This document shows, piece by piece, positions 49,501 to 56,218 of a stretch of DNA of 64,000 bases. This DNA is from Salisapilia sapeloensis CBS 127946 (lineage: Eukaryota > Protista > Oomycota). The stretch's first letter is position 1, and each line of letters begins with the position of its first letter. The DNA is taken from the NCBI GenBank assembly GCA_023334545.1, contig JAADVB010000044.1, positions 1 to 64,000 of the forward strand, written 5' to 3'. The notes beneath the pieces are model-generated. The model had not been told where the DNA came from. It saw only the letters and a program-made list of their open reading frames with translations, and did not search any database. The translations under genes and the position numbers were made by a program.

Positions 49501-49891
49501 GGTAGCTGAAGAAAGCACGAGACAATGCACTCCCTTGCGGTAGGTCCACAGGTGCATCTTCCTCGTTCTCAGCGGCTTGGAGCCACGATTGGAGACGGAT
49601 GGTCGTTTCGAACGCAGGCGAATCGGTAGCTTGCGAAGAAGACGAGTCTTCCTCTAGCGCTTTTGCAACGTTGTTTAGGAACGTTCGGACGGATTCACCG
49701 CCCTTGGTGTACAAGTGAATGAGCTCGTCCCAGTAGCGAGCTCCCTGACCACCAAATTCCGGAATCATGGTGATCGTCTTGGCATCAAGGGCCTTGGCGA
49801 ACTCAGTCGGTGCAGGCACCGTCGGCACCTCTTGTTCATTAGTAGCAACGACATTTTCGTTGGCTGGTGGTGCTGTAGATACTTCCGCCAT
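37598..49891 (-). CDS. FAS: Single-chain fungal-type fatty acid synthase (AT-ER-DH-MPT-ACP-ACP-KR-KS-PPT), 4097 aa, no introns
   Basis: AT GxSQG…CPFHS; ER GGRAGGHHS; DH HDLNPIH…HGMW; MPT FAGHSLGEY; two ACPs GKSAVQNEILGDL and GKSALQNEVLGDL; KR VTGCGRNSIG…YAESK; KS PVGACATA, SFHGTGT, TGHPKGAA; PPT GIGVDVE…FAGRWAAKEA…VSISHSGDYAV. ATG at 49891. Confidence 0.98.
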   Translation of the reverse strand: MAEVSTAPPANENVVATNEQEVPTVPAPTEFAKALDAKTITMIPEFGGQGARYWDELIHLYTKGGESVRTFLNNVAKALEEDSSSSQATDSPAFETTIRLQSWLQAAENEEDAPVDLPQGSALSRAFFSYPLLGATHVANYLAFLHAAGISHEDAVTNSACAIGMSQGVVSAAIISAAKDTADLQQLAVQFVRYLFWHALRAQEATLERENDDDVMESGDATPMLAVNGLSKTHVLKAVEVANRNLPDEDKMSLSLINGAKRFNVTGKPGYLAMLKKSLESKMAGADEDQTRVPYSKRKPSGTLAFIPLSCPFHSHALVAAKSKIEADVERIGLVVAGSKLQVPVYATTTEATNLQTLGDKSIMSDLIDMQLTQVADWPATWSKVIASNTNATHVVDFGAGNGVAPLSGNYAASAGIQLISATLKNREMTSDASKYPSIHGLDALVSTPNVFSASGRSWANKFGPRVSADGKLVNKYTEALGRAPVVVAGMTPTTSLNGVDLVAAVQNAGFYGELAAGGLSRPNIFEDKVNELVSKIKPGVGISINMLYLNAKQWGFQFPMVLRMRKEGLPIESITIGAGIPTTDRAMEIMQELSNVGINLVGFKPNSVSAIHAVLDIARAMPSMKVMMQWTGGRAGGHHSFEDFHQPLEDTYGAIRQVDNVLLAVGSGFGNWEDSYQYLTGEWSLNRGSHSKMPADAILLGSRIMVAKEAATAPEVKQLLVDTPGIEAEHKWDESYDGVTGGVITVTSELGEPIHKVANRGIACWKDFDDQYFSKKKDEMAKAIALDKEKIIARLNADFQKPYFGCKKSAATGEIQAADLSEMSYYGVLARMIDLMYVDREDSTKRWLHSSYMDRVAKFLLCTEQRFRRSESGAVFDTSGLETSPRQTLQDFAAKYPKVATTLLSIADIDYFVELCRSGGKPVNFIPVVDGELRTWFKKDSLWYSEDLDAVPDRDAQRVCILQGPVAVRYSKIASEPVADILNGMAEGYVKVAKESSLEAVSSATTCEDSPEQIAGLSVSKEENCLRINVPADVTELPSATKWTQELSSKAITQDWMVALLTSDFIAQGKKWISNPVRSLLQPRAGQVFEISDSGLKITDAQITTSAPVVEVTKKESKISVTLREVRPKISTLSEAIVPLELSFTYVPEVTCSIHENEAASIETIKDFYARFWVAEDGNEDASCKKACEESIFSTFTDEVTISEEDIIAYNKSLGLSSDVVAAPADYSTILCWRPLIKSVFTKEVQGNLLNLVHLKHSYKLLSDKKASKLFYPGDEIVSSSEVSSLRIIESGKIVSGIATISRKVVGEQMEETLEPLVELRSEFLIRGNFDDFSSTFSVDKSVERITMHDEIEIKNILSKCWFQLKNDANEPQIGDVVVLDTTTVKRYADMMTLSSVTVTGTASIEKPQGAVEIAAVDVQSENVSESPVVAFLMHRKKSIEDEVTLGSGYNTVETPLSISVPNKALDYAVASHDLNPIHRSDYAATLANLPQGKPIMHGMWTATKVRALLAKEFGRNDDSSVSSYAANFDGMVYPGDQLYMQVRHVGQSDGKKVMSVEVVNEAGQRVVSARAEIKQPPVAFVFTGQGSAQVGMGMDRYQESKAARETWDKGDRHLRAKFGFSILEMVRKNPSSITIHFGGRRGKQIRENYMKLTVEDPETGEMAPLLPEIHKHTQSFTFSAPEGLLFATQFSQPALVLLEKATFAEIEEAQLIPDDALFAGHSLGEYAGLSSFAGALAVEAVSEVVFLRGLIMQKAVKRDENGRSDYGMMATNPTRVGPKFTEDMMYKLVDGISSASGKLLQVVNFNVQGRQYVVAGTNANLEALSLSLAAFKSGRDVAEVDQVIKESLEQAHAKKEKAEQAGRPFVVARGVATIPLAGIDVPFHSRELLGGVPAFRSLLRSKFEADVLERQLPRLINRYIPNLVAEPFTLEKSYFELVHSVTKSPYIAEVLDETQWSMMSRAQLAQLLVVELLAYQFASPVQWIKTQALLFSTGGTGVSRFIEIGPAATLTTMAQRTLQAVKFARINREILWYQRDRDVVHFEVEDSYPSASDYARELAAKKAAAKAKEEEVQEEVTADTAPPAPAPAQAAPAPAPMPVMSSPAAAPAEDAPVSALHVLRVLLAVKLNKELNEVAADSDVKTLCAGKSAVQNEILGDLEKEFGSAPDGAGEAPLKELAGKFSSYKSLGKVTSGMVSKSIGAKMPGGFSMSNVKEYLTNTKGLGAGRMESVLVHGLLMAPKARLKNENEAKEWLDSVVDSYATFAGVSLAKPAMPSGPVGGMPFGAAPAPVPTVTDAPVDAKHALKVLLAVKLSKSFSEITDETTIKEQSGGKSALQNEVLGDLEKEFGSGPDDTADLKISELAGKFSDYKTPGKVTSGLMAKLFAGKMPGGFGLAAIKDHLSKERCLPAGRIESVLLHTLTQNPKNRFADEGQAKTWLDGVADDYAKFAAIDIPYYSKLGASAGGMPQQAMQPAALPSDFDKRLKSMIADQVAALNSYLGKDSLDIHRKIETEVDLREEVEASVNQWMTEHGEFYANGIVSAFDANKERVYDSYWNWAVQDGLELYFRTIQSSIKSEEETSLPLPSDVGHHFKQMSQWINSKLDTVTEESALPPLEWFKPYLCNRATPELLRATKYFAYKTKQEGHVEYAQAIQLLVEQLEEWLHHSPMNVQIFHPTQPDLTIHDDGSMDYAEIPRVGVADSTDYVDELARGLEYSSAEVFNTFDESASAAVEMPSAVGFESTVNNDSDDSDDDSYDEGDESPTAKNDTVSAESKKEVEPAKGPKLAALRESLRRRNKKSGRRQSLVEKSTNLRTGLNENLKEIVLPHVHIRKPSDVDPTIRLYDVESTCMLLSCMREMASTGVSFAGKVALVTGCGRNSIGAELVKSLLEGGATVFVTTSSFNSKSTGVFRSVYEQHGSKGSRLIVLPFNQGSKVDVKNLVAHIYDVHKLDLDFVIPFGALSDLGRKISDIDSRSELAHRILLTNTVRLLGEVVSAKQSRGIFTRPALAILPLSPNHGNFGSDGLYAESKLGMESLMNKWYSEGWEDQLSVVGAIIGWTRGTGLMSGNNIVASAVEKMGMRTFTTTEMGFNLSALLHPQIVDRAAEAPIWADLTGGMAQVHNLNDKVTQIREDIMHTAKLRATIHQSLESEKKTVAMSNASSQADQKFKPAANLSSYYSSNFPGLSGVGKLAEKKEQKMLNGMVDLSKVVVVAGYGEVGPWGNARTRWEMESYGEFSLEGCIELAWLTGHITYDNGKWVDAKTKEAVADHEIKKRYEEELLAHAGIRIIEPELFEGYDPNQKMILHQVAIDKKMAPVEVADREEAIQFRKELGEDNVDIFEDENGTWMIRLRKGSVLSIPRALDFNRFVAGQIPTGWSAERYGIPKDLAESVDPLTLYVLVSTMEAFVASGITDPYEFYQYVHVSEVGNTSGGGMGGMNSFKKIYQDRFMGKSVPSDTLQECFINTAPAWVNMLLLSSSGPIKTPVGACATAAESVDIGVETIKTGKARIVIVGGYDDFGEEGSYEFAQMKATSDSVKEYGMGREASEMCRPCSTTRGGFMESHGAGIQLLMDAQLAIDMGCPIYGVVALTSTATDKNGRSVPAPGQGILTTAREQNVGEKKSPLLDVNFRRRQFDSELASIESWYEREKEMLDDANAESQLAFLNDMKKRKVQSAQSMWGEHFHENRMDIAPLRGALSAWNLTVDDIGVASFHGTGTKANDRNESEVTQKQLQHLGRSSGNVLPIVCQKYMTGHPKGAAASWMFNGLLQILNSGLIPGNRNLDNTCETLRKFDLLAYPNRSIQTDGIKAAVMKSFGFGQAGGEILVVHPDYLLSMLDNDDLTQYSQRREQRLVKMNSYLQESISGKGTLIKVKGAAPYTNEQESNVYLDPSARAEFDPAEGSWNFGGNQAAESKRSRSKKHKNSKQAHASTSKKADDKADGQASEGLESALSQTAAGVGLGEKGSGIGVDVEPVATFENLHGREDFIRRNFTDQEVAYCYSAPNPAASFAGRWAAKEAIIKAISNASPSTPNVWKGAGAPLREIEIFMTASGAPSVLLAGHASQVFSQLGLSSVSVSISHSGDYAVSQAVAQL

Positions 49892-50056
49892 CTTTGGTTG
49901 GTCGCGCAATAAAGAGTTTAGCGTTGGACTAGGGAAGGTTCTGGATATGAAGAAGCAACGGACGGTGGAGCGTTCGTTTGCTGTTTAAAGGAGTATTTAA
50001 CCACGAGGTGGAGCTTCGCGGAGAAATGCTGGTGATACGCGTGCGTACCAGAGAGG

Positions 50057-50072
50057 GCAAATTGGGTTCTGA
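50057..50072 (-). promoter_or_regulatory. Possible INR+FPR core promoter of FAS
   Basis: Minus strand TCAGAACCCAATTTGC: an exact FPR (AATTTGC) at canonical spacing from a degenerate TCA-type initiator, about 165 nt upstream of the ATG. Confidence 0.4.
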
Positions 50073-50859
50073 CTGGACCAGTGTCCTGCATCCACACTTT
50101 GATACGCAATTCGACCTTGAGACTGCGTCATTACTCGGCTGAATGACGTAGACGCGACTATATGAGTATTTGTATGTCTTCTACGACAAACGCTTTTAAC
50201 CCTACCCCATGTACTTCAAGTATGTTTTTTGTCGTACGAGACATATAAAAGCGTATATAATCGAGACGCGGTCATCCGCATCGATGTAGCCATGTTGAAC
50301 GCGTCAGCGACCAGAGAAGTGTGCAATTTTGCGTCTTCGATGCTGACTCTGCCTCCTTGTCTTGTACAGATTGCGGGATAATTGAATACTTTGGTAGAAA
50401 GCTATGTTGGCATGGCGGAGGTAGAGCTATCAACTTGGTAGCGTTCAAAACATGAAGGATAATAGTGAACAGCTGGGTCAACTTCAGAGTTTTCGATAAA
50501 GTCCGAGTGGATGCTTATGCTCGAGTAGAAAAGAGTAGTCGAATGCATATGCATAGAGCATTGACAAACGATTAGAACTTATCTTGCTAAAGACAACAGT
50601 ATGCCCATTTGTGTTTGTTCTTACCCCTACAGGTGAATGGAGGGAGAGATTATAAGCGTAGAACCGGAAACAGATGAAAAGGCGCGTCATCAGGGCTTTT
50701 TCCAAAAGTGGCGGTTGTTTTACTATTCGAGACAAAAATGGCGCCATCATATTGAAAGTGGGGCAAAATGACTTAGTGGCATGCTCTCTTTTCTACTCGC
50801 TTGGTGCCCGCTTATGACTAGATTTGAAGAAAAGTGCCCTTTTTTGGTAAAAGTCTGCG

Positions 50860-51114
50860 TCATCGATTCAAGCGGTGTGCATCCAAGTCGACACCTTCGA
50901 AACTGGCGTACACAGCTCTATCCTTCGACTCGCTCAATATTGCGTTCGTGTTGCTTGCTCTCCACCGGACGCTTGTCCAGGAACTTTTTTCACATTCGAA
51001 AGGATATGACTCGTGGTCCAACCAAGTTGATTCGTACACGATCTCCAGTAGATCCTATATCTCCATGTAAATTCACGTTTCATGTGCACTATCCTATAGA
51101 CTGACTTTGTCCAT
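50860..51114 (-). CDS. Candidate unannotated small spliced gene (5' part; 3' exons unresolved)
   Basis: ATG GAC AAA|GTCAGT…(51 nt)…TATAG|GAT CTA CTG opens a 65-codon frame (DLLEIVYESTWLDHESYPFECEK…). It lies 113 nt head-to-head from the STRIP ATG. Confidence 0.3.
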
Positions 51115-51227
51115 GTTCCATGTACAACACCCGTTACTATCATGCCTCTTGGCGTACCCGCTGCATGTTCATAATAGTACGTCCGGTCCATAAAACACTC
51201 GTCCAAGACAACGAGCCAGGCACGAAC

Positions 51228-53455
51228 ATGAATCAGCTCAAGTACTTGTCCGAGTACGAGAAACTTGCCTACTTCTACGGATCTTATACGCGAGATGAAC
51301 AGATCGATCCGTCCACCGACAGCGAGTCGCTTCGTCGGTGGGAAAAGATTGGAGGTTCGCGACGTAAAAGTCGAGATCGGATCGGAGTCCTCTTATCTCA
51401 ATTCGAAAACACATCCACGGCACATGTCAAGCATCTAGATAACGCCTACCGTGCCAAGCGGGAGTTGATACTACTAGCGGAAGGTACCATCGGTGGCCCT
51501 CCGAAATCCTCGTCTTCTCGTAAGGAGAAACCGACGCATCGGGTCGAGATCGCTCGATGGAATAACCAACTCTTACAAGATTGTGGTGCGTTAGAGGTCT
51601 TTGCACAGAACTTGCAGCGCACGCTTCATGCGTTTAGTGGTATCACCTTTAGCCACATCGATGTGGACCAACTGAATGAGCTTGTACAGGACTTGCAGCA
51701 AGCCATGACGCTAACGTACATGTTAATTGTATTCAACGCAAACAAGGAGAGTCCGATGTTTTTACGACAGCTACTACGAATCGGCACGTCTGCTCCGTCC
51801 TATGTTCTCATTGCGATTCTAGACTGCGCTAGTCAAATGGATGTCGTACCTGGATTCCCGATAAAACGCATGCTCATGCTCTTTTACGTCTGGTTCGAAG
51901 CTGTGCTCGGGAGCTTTTGTGATCTCGAAGAGACAAAACGCAGTCGTCGAGAAAAATTTGCCGTCGACAAGAGTCTCGTGACAGATGAAGATGATGGGAT
52001 CTTGCACTGTAAAACCTTTGGCGAGTACCACGACACGAACGAGTTGGATCCACAGGATCCTTACTTTCATCAGAAGCAAAAGTTTACGCAAGTGCGTCAA
52101 CAGATCCATGACAAGTACAAGCACATTCCGACGCATGAGATGACCGAGACGCCCTCCGTCGATGACGACGCGTCCATCTCGCCCGATACACCAGACGATG
52201 AGTGGGCGCTTCGATGCGAAACCATGTACCAACTCTTTTTACCCGGTATGCGTGACTACATCACCTTCTTCTGTAAGCTAGTATCGATATCTTGTGGAAG
52301 TGCTTTGCATGCTCGAGATAAGAATACGTTTTACTCTCGACCTCCGTCTGGCGTCGATCCAAGTGAATTCGTTCCGAGTGACTTTGGTCATGGACCTCAT
52401 GACGGCAGTGATAATCAGTTCTGGAAGTGGATCTTGCGTGAGAAGACGATCGTGCTGGATGTAACGAATTTGCTTTTACTTCTTATCTACAAACACTTTC
52501 GAGCTAGTCATGTGATGAAAGCAGAGTACATTGCTCAATTCTGGTTGGAGTGTAACTTACCTGCGACGTTGACAAAGTTCATGAACAAGGATATTGCGAC
52601 GTATATCCAAGTGTCGAAGAATACTTCTGATCTTGATGATCGGAAGACTGGGTTCTATGCACTTGATAAGACGTTAGAGAAGCAGAATATCAAGGCAGAG
52701 GATGATGATGCGGATTATGCATTGTTATCGACACGCACTGTCACGAGTATCTTGCGTATCCTCCAGAAAATCACCAAGCGCAAGCCAAATCTCATCAAGA
52801 ATATCTTGTGTCGAGGCTCTTCCATCGTTTGGCTCAAGGTCTCTATCTTCCTATGATCATATCCTCTTACGAAGACTTACGATTTGTATAGAGAGTGGTT
52901 TCATTGACGATTCCAGTCCCGAGACTATATGCGCTAAAGCTCGTCAAGTCTCAAGCCAAGTACCTCGGTCCACAGGTTCCTTCTATCTCTTATATACATA
53001 CACACCTAGTGGACTTATTGACAACTATTTGACATCGATAGTGGGTGAAAAAGTATACTTGTGCGCATATGCTGACGGACATTTATCTCCATGTCCGTCC
53101 GGAGCTGCATGACGACTGGTTGAATTACGAAGACGAGGACTTGAACAAACCACCGAGTCAGGAATCTATCGAGCGACTGGTCTTTGGCGAGATGCAGGCG
53201 TATCATCACAAATACTATTGGGAATCGTTGAACGCCAGTTCACGTGTGAAACAATCGTACCTTGTGATCCAGGCCAAGGAAGAGCTCGATGCTCCATCCT
53301 TCCAACTGGACGGTGGATCGATCACCAAGTACTTGAACGATCTGCAGCTCGATCCGACGTCCTTTTGCAATCAATACGAAAAGTGGTTGGATAAGGAAGG
53401 TCTGACGGCGGATGAAGACCCTGCATCCGTCCCACTCCCCATCCCTTTCTCTTAA
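51228..53455 (+). CDS. STRIP: Striatin-interacting protein STRIP1/2 / Far11 homolog (N1221 + DUF3402 type; STRIPAK subunit)
   Basis: FPIKRMLMLFY…VLG, LLLLIYKHFRASHVMKAEYIAQ…LTKFMNKDI, ILRILQKITKRK, and spliced KYLGPQ-WVKK…IYLHVRPELHDDW. Two introns near 52840-53040. Confidence 0.85.
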
Positions 53456-53558
53456 ATGTACACTGAACGATCGGATTGGTCTGCAAACTCTTGTTTCGTT
53501 TACTACGGCGACTAACATCTACTCGACAATTCCTGCCGTCGTCCTACCTCTTGTTATT

Positions 53559-55973
53559 TTACTTGCCACGCTGCTGTGAGGCAAAGATCTGGTACACGAG
53601 CATCGTCGTCGAGTACTTTGCTCGACGGAAACTATCGAATTGATAATGATGCTCCTCACATTTCTTTAGCATCTCAGGTCGATGGTCCACGAATGGACTT
53701 GAAAGCTCTGCATTCTCCCACCGATCTTTCTCTGAGATGCTGTCAAGGTAGGACGGAGGCGATTCTACTGCCATATTCTGTTTTTCCGTCAAACTGCTGC
53801 AGTCATGACAGTAGAAGACATCGTTCCGTTCATCTGTCTTGAGGCGTCGACATTCTTCGTTCATCAAAACACGGCCGCACGTCGTGCACTGTGGCTGTAA
53901 CGAGATAGCAAAGAGGGATTCTCGACCGAGTTGGACGGACTCGACTAGCTTCTCACGGAAGTGCGCGCCCTGCAGCTCCTCTTCCGTCTGTTTCCCACGT
54001 TTCATCGGCAGACTCGCGAGTCTCTCGACTTCCAGCGGCCAGTAGTCTCCGTCAAAGTACGGTGGTAACCTCTGCTGGATGCTACGTTCGAGGTCGTGGA
54101 ATTCGGTTTCGAATAAATCTTCACAGGCGTAGACGACGTTCCGTCGCTTCGCCTCACTGACCATCCTTTGATACCACATGACCAATCTTTCTTTTCCCGG
54201 GTTCTTTTGAAACGGGGGATGACACCAATAAATAAAATCACCACCACGGGTTGTCGGGCAAGCCCAAATGTGTGCCTTGATAAAGCCTCGAGCCTTACTG
54301 AATGCGAGATACGCGATCAAGATCTCTTGGAAGACACGTGTGCGGACACGACGCGGACGCATGTAGACGAGACTGTCTATGTAGGCAATGTAGACGCGAT
54401 TGCGATTGGACTCAATGACACAATCGTCATCGTACTCTTGGACGTACATGGAAAAGATGCAAACTTCGAGACCGGCAATGCGTTGGAAGGCGCAGATCGC
54501 TTTGGACGTGTACGAGACGGATGGAGGGTACTGCCTTTGTTTGGAGCAAAATTGTTGGCGAACAACTGGTGAGACCGTGGCGGTCGTGCGTACATTCGAT
54601 ACGACGCGGACGGTGATCGAATGTGCTGTCTCGACCTCATCTTCTTTCATGAGCAACGACCGGACTGATTCTTGTATGAATTTCGATAGTGCCGTCGTTT
54701 GCAACTGTTCACTCGTGATTAAATTGTCTCCTCTACTCGGTACCACGTGCGCTCGTTCCTTTGCATCTAAAAACTCCAACACACGCTCTTGGACATCAAA
54801 GCACCTGCCAAACTCCTTTGTAAAAGCTGTGTGTTTAACTGTCGGACTTAGCGCTCCATTCCCACTTTTCTTGCGCAATACATCACCTACGTCTGTAGAA
54901 GAGCTTGGAGATAGCTGAGCAGAGTCCCATTTACCTGTTGGCTTGTTCTCGACTGCTTCCAAGTCGCAGAGACGACAGAGAGGACAGATGTAGCTCTGGT
55001 CTTGATCGACTGCGTCGTTGAACAAAGCACAGATCTGGTGCACCCAATGGTTACAGCGGTCGCATTGGACCCACGGCTCCGTCAGTTCGTCCATGAATTT
55101 GACTTTTACCAACTCACTCTTCAAGAGCTTCGGCTTGGAAGTGGATAGCAGGTCGGAGGGATCTTGTTCGCCTTGTCTTGAAATCGCGGATGTCGGTGGT
55201 GGCGTCAGGAGCTTTGGAAGTGATAGATAGCACTTGGCACACCAGTGATGTGTCTCGTCTGGAGAACGATAGCAAACCGAGTAGCGCTTAATCCTTTGTC
55301 GACAAGGACCCGAGCAAAGGACGAACGGAGGTTCGAGGTTGATACACTTTTCATCGCACACGGCACAGACGTTGGCGAGGCAATGTGCACACGAGTGATC
55401 ATTCCGTCGCTTCCGTTGCGCGTTCCACTTGTTCTGCAATCGAGCAAACTCCCGATCAAATTCTTTGCGCAGTGTCTTAGCAGCGTCATGCACGACGTGT
55501 CCTGGTGGATTGAAGAGACAAGCATTTGCAAATACCAGGCGAATGTCCGCTGCACAATCTTCTGCAGAAGCGTATTGTAGCGTAAGGCATTTGTGCTTAA
55601 CGAGTGATAGATCCATGGGCTTTTTAATGACATCGCGATAGTGCGGGATGTTCCATCGGACGGGGTCCACGGGCTCGTTAAACAAGCCGTGGTTGGCACG
55701 ATGGAACATGAGCCGCGTCACGAGTGCAATGAGCGGTTGGAGGAATGCTTCACGACGCACATCACGCAAGTGCTGTCGAAGCTGCGATGCCGACGTGTCA
55801 TCAAGGGGCGACAGCGACGGTTGCCGTCGACTGCGTTTTATCGGCGGATCAAGCGAGGACGGTGGGTGGTAGATATGTCGCCGCTTCTTTCCGGGTTCGT
55901 CCGTCCCGTGGTTCGTCTCTCGCTTCGTGGGCGTCGCAGCAGGAGACGGCACCGCACCGTTTGCAAAGCCCAT
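53559..55973 (-). CDS. p300/CBP-family (KAT11) histone acetyltransferase: bromodomain-RING-PHD-HAT-degenerate ZZ
   Basis: Bromodomain LFNEPVDP…YRDVIKKPMDL…FANACLFN; PHD WVQCDRCNHWVHQIC…YICPLC; HAT VYIAYIDSL, HIWACP…FIYWCHP and PYFDGDYWP. ATG at 55973. Single exon. Confidence 0.92.
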   Translation of the reverse strand: MGFANGAVPSPAATPTKRETNHGTDEPGKKRRHIYHPPSSLDPPIKRSRRQPSLSPLDDTSASQLRQHLRDVRREAFLQPLIALVTRLMFHRANHGLFNEPVDPVRWNIPHYRDVIKKPMDLSLVKHKCLTLQYASAEDCAADIRLVFANACLFNPPGHVVHDAAKTLRKEFDREFARLQNKWNAQRKRRNDHSCAHCLANVCAVCDEKCINLEPPFVLCSGPCRQRIKRYSVCYRSPDETHHWCAKCYLSLPKLLTPPPTSAISRQGEQDPSDLLSTSKPKLLKSELVKVKFMDELTEPWVQCDRCNHWVHQICALFNDAVDQDQSYICPLCRLCDLEAVENKPTGKWDSAQLSPSSSTDVGDVLRKKSGNGALSPTVKHTAFTKEFGRCFDVQERVLEFLDAKERAHVVPSRGDNLITSEQLQTTALSKFIQESVRSLLMKEDEVETAHSITVRVVSNVRTTATVSPVVRQQFCSKQRQYPPSVSYTSKAICAFQRIAGLEVCIFSMYVQEYDDDCVIESNRNRVYIAYIDSLVYMRPRRVRTRVFQEILIAYLAFSKARGFIKAHIWACPTTRGGDFIYWCHPPFQKNPGKERLVMWYQRMVSEAKRRNVVYACEDLFETEFHDLERSIQQRLPPYFDGDYWPLEVERLASLPMKRGKQTEEELQGAHFREKLVESVQLGRESLFAISLQPQCTTCGRVLMNEECRRLKTDERNDVFYCHDCSSLTEKQNMAVESPPSYLDSISEKDRWENAELSSPFVDHRPEMLKKCEEHHYQFDSFRRAKYSTTMLVYQIFASQQRGK

Positions 55974-56218
55974 TTTCTTGGCTGAGAAACCGCGCTCGCG
56001 TTTTCTGTGGCAGATAAAGATCGGCAAGTGTATATAGTCAAATGGCGAGGTGAAAAGACGAGCTAATTGACAGAAATGGAGGACCTGTGGTGTTAAATTC
56101 GAGAAGAATGGAACGTATATTGGCAACGGGTGGGTCTAGCGTGGTTACGAAAAGAGATTGTACAGAATGCTACGAAATGATGAAACGACCACAAAAACAA
56201 TAAACACCAACGAAGCAA

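Noticed and set aside
37598-49891. Long plus-strand ORFs opposite FAS (e.g. 38096-39814, 572 aa; 46727-48535, 602 aa)
   Set aside because: Antisense shadows of a gene with strong C/G third-position bias. The translations have no recognisable motifs and sit in register with FAS codons.
14707-49891. A lipid or secondary-metabolite gene cluster (FPPS + FAS + PPTase)
   Set aside because: The genes are more than 20 kb apart and separated by unrelated housekeeping genes, with no tailoring enzymes or transporters. FAS looks like primary metabolism.
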